DNA of 64,000 nt, from NCBI GenBank assembly GCA_905612315.1, contig CAJQSL010000020.1, forward strand, positions 2,341-66,340, read 5' to 3'. The notes below the pieces were generated by a model. The model was given only the letters and a program-made list of their open reading frames with translations. It did not search any database and was not told where the DNA came from. A program made the position numbers and the translations under genes. Of this stretch, positions 61,499-64,000 are shown piece by piece. Each line of letters starts with the position of its first letter. The stretch's first letter is position 1. The DNA comes from an uncultured Francisellaceae bacterium. GTDB taxonomy: Bacteria > Pseudomonadota > Gammaproteobacteria > Francisellales > CACEW01.

Positions 61499-62519
61499 AG
61501 AAAAACATATAATACATGATAATATTCATTATCATGCCATAGGAAAACAAAAGCCACTTTACAAAAGTTCTGGCAAACGATCAATGTTTGAAGCATTATA
61601 TTTTTCAATGTGTATTTTTAAAAAATTAGATTGGTATAAGTTTGACATCATTCACATTGGACAATGGCCTTATCTCCCCATTTTTATTATTAAATTTCTA
61701 AGTTTATTATCACCGAAGAGTAAGATATCAGTTGACTGGTGGGAGGTTTGGGGTAAGAGCTGGCGTAAGCAGGTTAAAAAGATAGGGTTTATCGGGCAAT
61801 TTATTGAAAGAGTAGCGCCCAAAATTACAAACGGTATAATTTCTATTAGTGAGAAAGGGCATGAACAATTAATTGGTATAGGCGCTAATAGCGAAAAAAT
61901 GCGTCTTATACATAATGGGATTGATTATAAATTTATTAATTCAATTGAAGCATCTAGTAGGGATATGTATGATATAGCCTATCTTGGTAGATTAAAAAAT
62001 CATAAAAATGTTGACCATATTTTACATGCGACCAAATTTATTAAAGATAGTGGGTTATTAATTCGTGTGTTAATTATTGGTGATGGTCCAGAGTATGATA
62101 ATCTTAGGGAGCTTGCTAACGAATTAGATATTAATGATAACATTGATTTTTTGGGGCAGATAAAATCAGATGAAAAAGCCTTTAGTTTACTTAAATCTGC
62201 GAAGATATTTATACATCCTTCGGTAAAAGAAGGTGGTGGTAGTATTACTTTATTAGAGGCTAATGCATGTGGGTTACCGGTCATTGCTTATGCTACTGAT
62301 TATGGTATTGCCAATGATTTAATTAATGAAGGTAATAATGGAGTGTGGGTCGAAAAAGTTGACTCTAGAGCTTTATCTATAAAAATAAAAGAAGTACTGG
62401 AGAATAAACCTTTGTTAGAACACATGAAAAAAAACTCTGTTATATTTTCTAAGAAATTTGACTGGGATGAGTTGATAAAGCAATATGATAGTTATTTTTA
62501 TAAGTTAGTTAATACTTGA
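61353..62519 (+). CDS. GT4-family (GT-B, Glycos_transf_1) glycosyltransferase
   Basis: 388 aa. Contains GGGEKRLYEVAKRL, and the EGGGSITLLEANACGLPVIA region (E-x7-E type motif). Confidence 0.8.
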   Translation: MKKKKIAIVYDCPYPFYHGGGEKRLYEVAKRLAASNWEVHWYALKFWPGEKHIIHDNIHYHAIGKQKPLYKSSGKRSMFEALYFSMCIFKKLDWYKFDIIHIGQWPYLPIFIIKFLSLLSPKSKISVDWWEVWGKSWRKQVKKIGFIGQFIERVAPKITNGIISISEKGHEQLIGIGANSEKMRLIHNGIDYKFINSIEASSRDMYDIAYLGRLKNHKNVDHILHATKFIKDSGLLIRVLIIGDGPEYDNLRELANELDINDNIDFLGQIKSDEKAFSLLKSAKIFIHPSVKEGGGSITLLEANACGLPVIAYATDYGIANDLINEGNNGVWVEKVDSRALSIKIKEVLENKPLLEHMKKNSVIFSKKFDWDELIKQYDSYFYKLVNT

Positions 62520-62530
62520 GGGGTGTTTTT

Positions 62531-62965
62531 ATGATTGAAAAAATAGAAGCAAATAATATTCAAATAGCACAGATTATAAGAAAAAGTTTTGGTGGAGAGG
62601 GTACTAAATTTGCAACTTCATCAGATAACGCACTACAAGTTGGGGTTATATGTAGAAAAACTGGAGAAGAAATTGCGGCACATAGGCATCTAGATGTAAG
62701 TTTGTCTCATCAGGGGCCGCGCCAAGAATTTCTTTATGTAGTCAAAGGCGAGGTGACTGTTAAATTCTTTGACAATAATTCCAAAGAAATCGGGTCTAGA
62801 GTCTTATATGCAGGGGATTCTTTGATACAATTTTCTGGCGGCCATCAGTTTTTGTTTAATGATGATACTAAGTTAATTGAAGTTAAGCAGGGTCCTTATA
62901 CTGACATAGGAGAAGATAAAGCTTTTATACAAAAACAAAGTCAAGTAGAAGAGATGGTTTTATGA
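62531..62965 (+). CDS. Cupin-domain protein (second copy of the GE-x-IA-x-HRH type)
   Basis: ATG at 62531 preceded by GAGGGG. TGEEIAAHRHL resembles KGEHIAKHRHL of the cupin at 23928. The stop overlaps the start of a DegT aminotransferase. Confidence 0.6.
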   Translation: MIEKIEANNIQIAQIIRKSFGGEGTKFATSSDNALQVGVICRKTGEEIAAHRHLDVSLSHQGPRQEFLYVVKGEVTVKFFDNNSKEIGSRVLYAGDSLIQFSGGHQFLFNDDTKLIEVKQGPYTDIGEDKAFIQKQSQVEEMVL

Positions 62966-64000
62966 TTCCAGTTAACACGCCACATATCGCAGAGAAAGAG
63001 AAGCAATATGTTAATCAATGTTTAGATACGGGTTGGATCTCATCTGCTGGTCATTTTGTAGATGAATTTGAGAAGCAGTTTGCAAATTATTGTGATTGTA
63101 AGTTTGGAGTGACGACTACAAACGGAACTTCAGCTATTCATTTGGCGTTAAAGAGTTTGGATATTGGCCCAGGAGATGAGGTTTTAGTCCCAGCTTTTAC
63201 CATGGCAGGCTCTGTTTACCCTATCGTTCAGTGTGGGGCTAAACCGGTATTTGTTGATAGTGAAATGGACACCTATAATATTGATTTCCAGGATTCTCTA
63301 TCTAAAATAACTCCTAAAACAAAGGCAATTATTGTTGTGCATATATACGGGCATTCGGTTGATATGGATCCTTTTATTGAGCTTTGTCGTGAAAAAAACA
63401 TATATTTAATAGAGGATGCAGCTGAGGCTCATGGCGCACTTTATAAAGGTAGAAAAGCAGGAAGTATGGGTGATGTAGCTTGTTTTAGTTTTTTTGCGAA
63501 TAAAATCATTACAACAGGTGAAGGCGGAATGATCGTATCAAATAACGAACAGTTAATTAACAAGGCAAAGCGATTAAAAAATTTAGCGCATTCAAACGTT
63601 AGATTTATTCATGATTTACCTGAAGCATATAATTATCGAATGACCAATATGCAAGCTGCTATAGGATTAGCTCAGCTAGAGAGGGTAGAGGTTATAATTG
63701 ATAGAAAGATTTATAATGCTAATTTATATAATGAATTACTTGCAGATATTCCTTATCTTAAAACACCTACGAAAAAGCCTTGGGCAAAAAATGTTTATTG
63801 GATGTATGCTGTGCTTTTACAAGCTGATTCAAAATTTGATAAAGCCGATTTAATGTTAAAATTAAAAGAAAAGGGGATAGAAACGCGTTCATTTTTTTAT
63901 CCATTGGATAAATCTCCAGCATTTAAACAATACGTGCAGAATCAAAATCCTTGCAAAAATGCGGATGAACTGGGGAGTAGAGGCTTTTATTTGCCATCTG
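62962..64000 (+). CDS. DegT/DnrJ/EryC1-family aminotransferase (partial, runs off the window end)
   Basis: Hand translation from ATG 62962 gives MIPVNTPHIAEKEKQYVNQCLDTGWISSAGHFVDEFEKQFANYCDCKFGVTTTNGTSAIHLALKSL... and later FSFFANKIITTGEGGMI (PLP lysine). Open at the window edge, so absent from the ORF track. Confidence 0.8.
   Translation, partial: MIPVNTPHIAEKEKQYVNQCLDTGWISSAGHFVDEFEKQFANYCDCKFGVTTTNGTSAIHLALKSLDIGPGDEVLVPAFTMAGSVYPIVQCGAKPVFVDSEMDTYNIDFQDSLSKITPKTKAIIVVHIYGHSVDMDPFIELCREKNIYLIEDAAEAHGALYKGRKAGSMGDVACFSFFANKIITTGEGGMIVSNNEQLINKAKRLKNLAHSNVRFIHDLPEAYNYRMTNMQAAIGLAQLERVEVIIDRKIYNANLYNELLADIPYLKTPTKKPWAKNVYWMYAVLLQADSKFDKADLMLKLKEKGIETRSFFYPLDKSPAFKQYVQNQNPCKNADELGSRGFYLPS

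Overview
Low-GC proteobacterial chromosome segment (beta/gamma-type synteny; genus not assignable from sequence alone). All calls come from reading the sequence and ORF translations; no database search was run.

Positions 1-20.7 kb are conserved housekeeping genes. On the minus strand: rlpA (partial), a PqiA-like membrane protein, rlmH, rsfS, holA, lptE and leuS. On the plus strand: tRNA-Tyr/Gly/Thr, tuf, tRNA-Trp, secE, nusG, rplK, rplA, rplJ, rplL, rpoB and rpoC.

Right after the rpoC terminator, from about 20.9 kb to the window end, lies a visibly more AT-rich, mosaic surface-polysaccharide locus. It contains:
- an initiating phosphoglycosyl transferase broken by a 1-nt frameshift in an A6 run, and a Wzz-like protein;
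- an operon headed by a form IV RuBisCO-like protein (RLP), coupled to a cupin and a nucleotidyltransferase and followed by a GT-C/GT2/mini-GDPD/GtrA transfer set;
- a near-perfect 4,288-bp second copy of that transfer set, separated from the first by a unique gene for a nucleotidyltransferase-HAD-kinase fusion;
- a full pseudaminic acid pathway (pseB, pseC, GNAT, cytidylyltransferase, pseG, pseI);
- a reverse-oriented ACP / AMP-ligase / Fe-ADH / LuxE-LuxC fusion / AAC(3)-like module embedded in the pse genes;
- wzy, a GT52-like transferase, a methyltransferase and wzx;
- a 7.2-kb cassette flanked by 376-bp direct repeats and by TnpB and IS982-like transposase remnants. It carries amino-sugar genes and a second GT2/GtrA/GT-C module.
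- a GT4 gene, a second cupin and a partial DegT aminotransferase at the window end.

The best candidates for undescribed biology are the RLP-led glycan-modification module and the LuxE-LuxC/ACP acyl-tailoring module. No CRISPR array, intact mobile element, prophage or recognisable defence system was seen.
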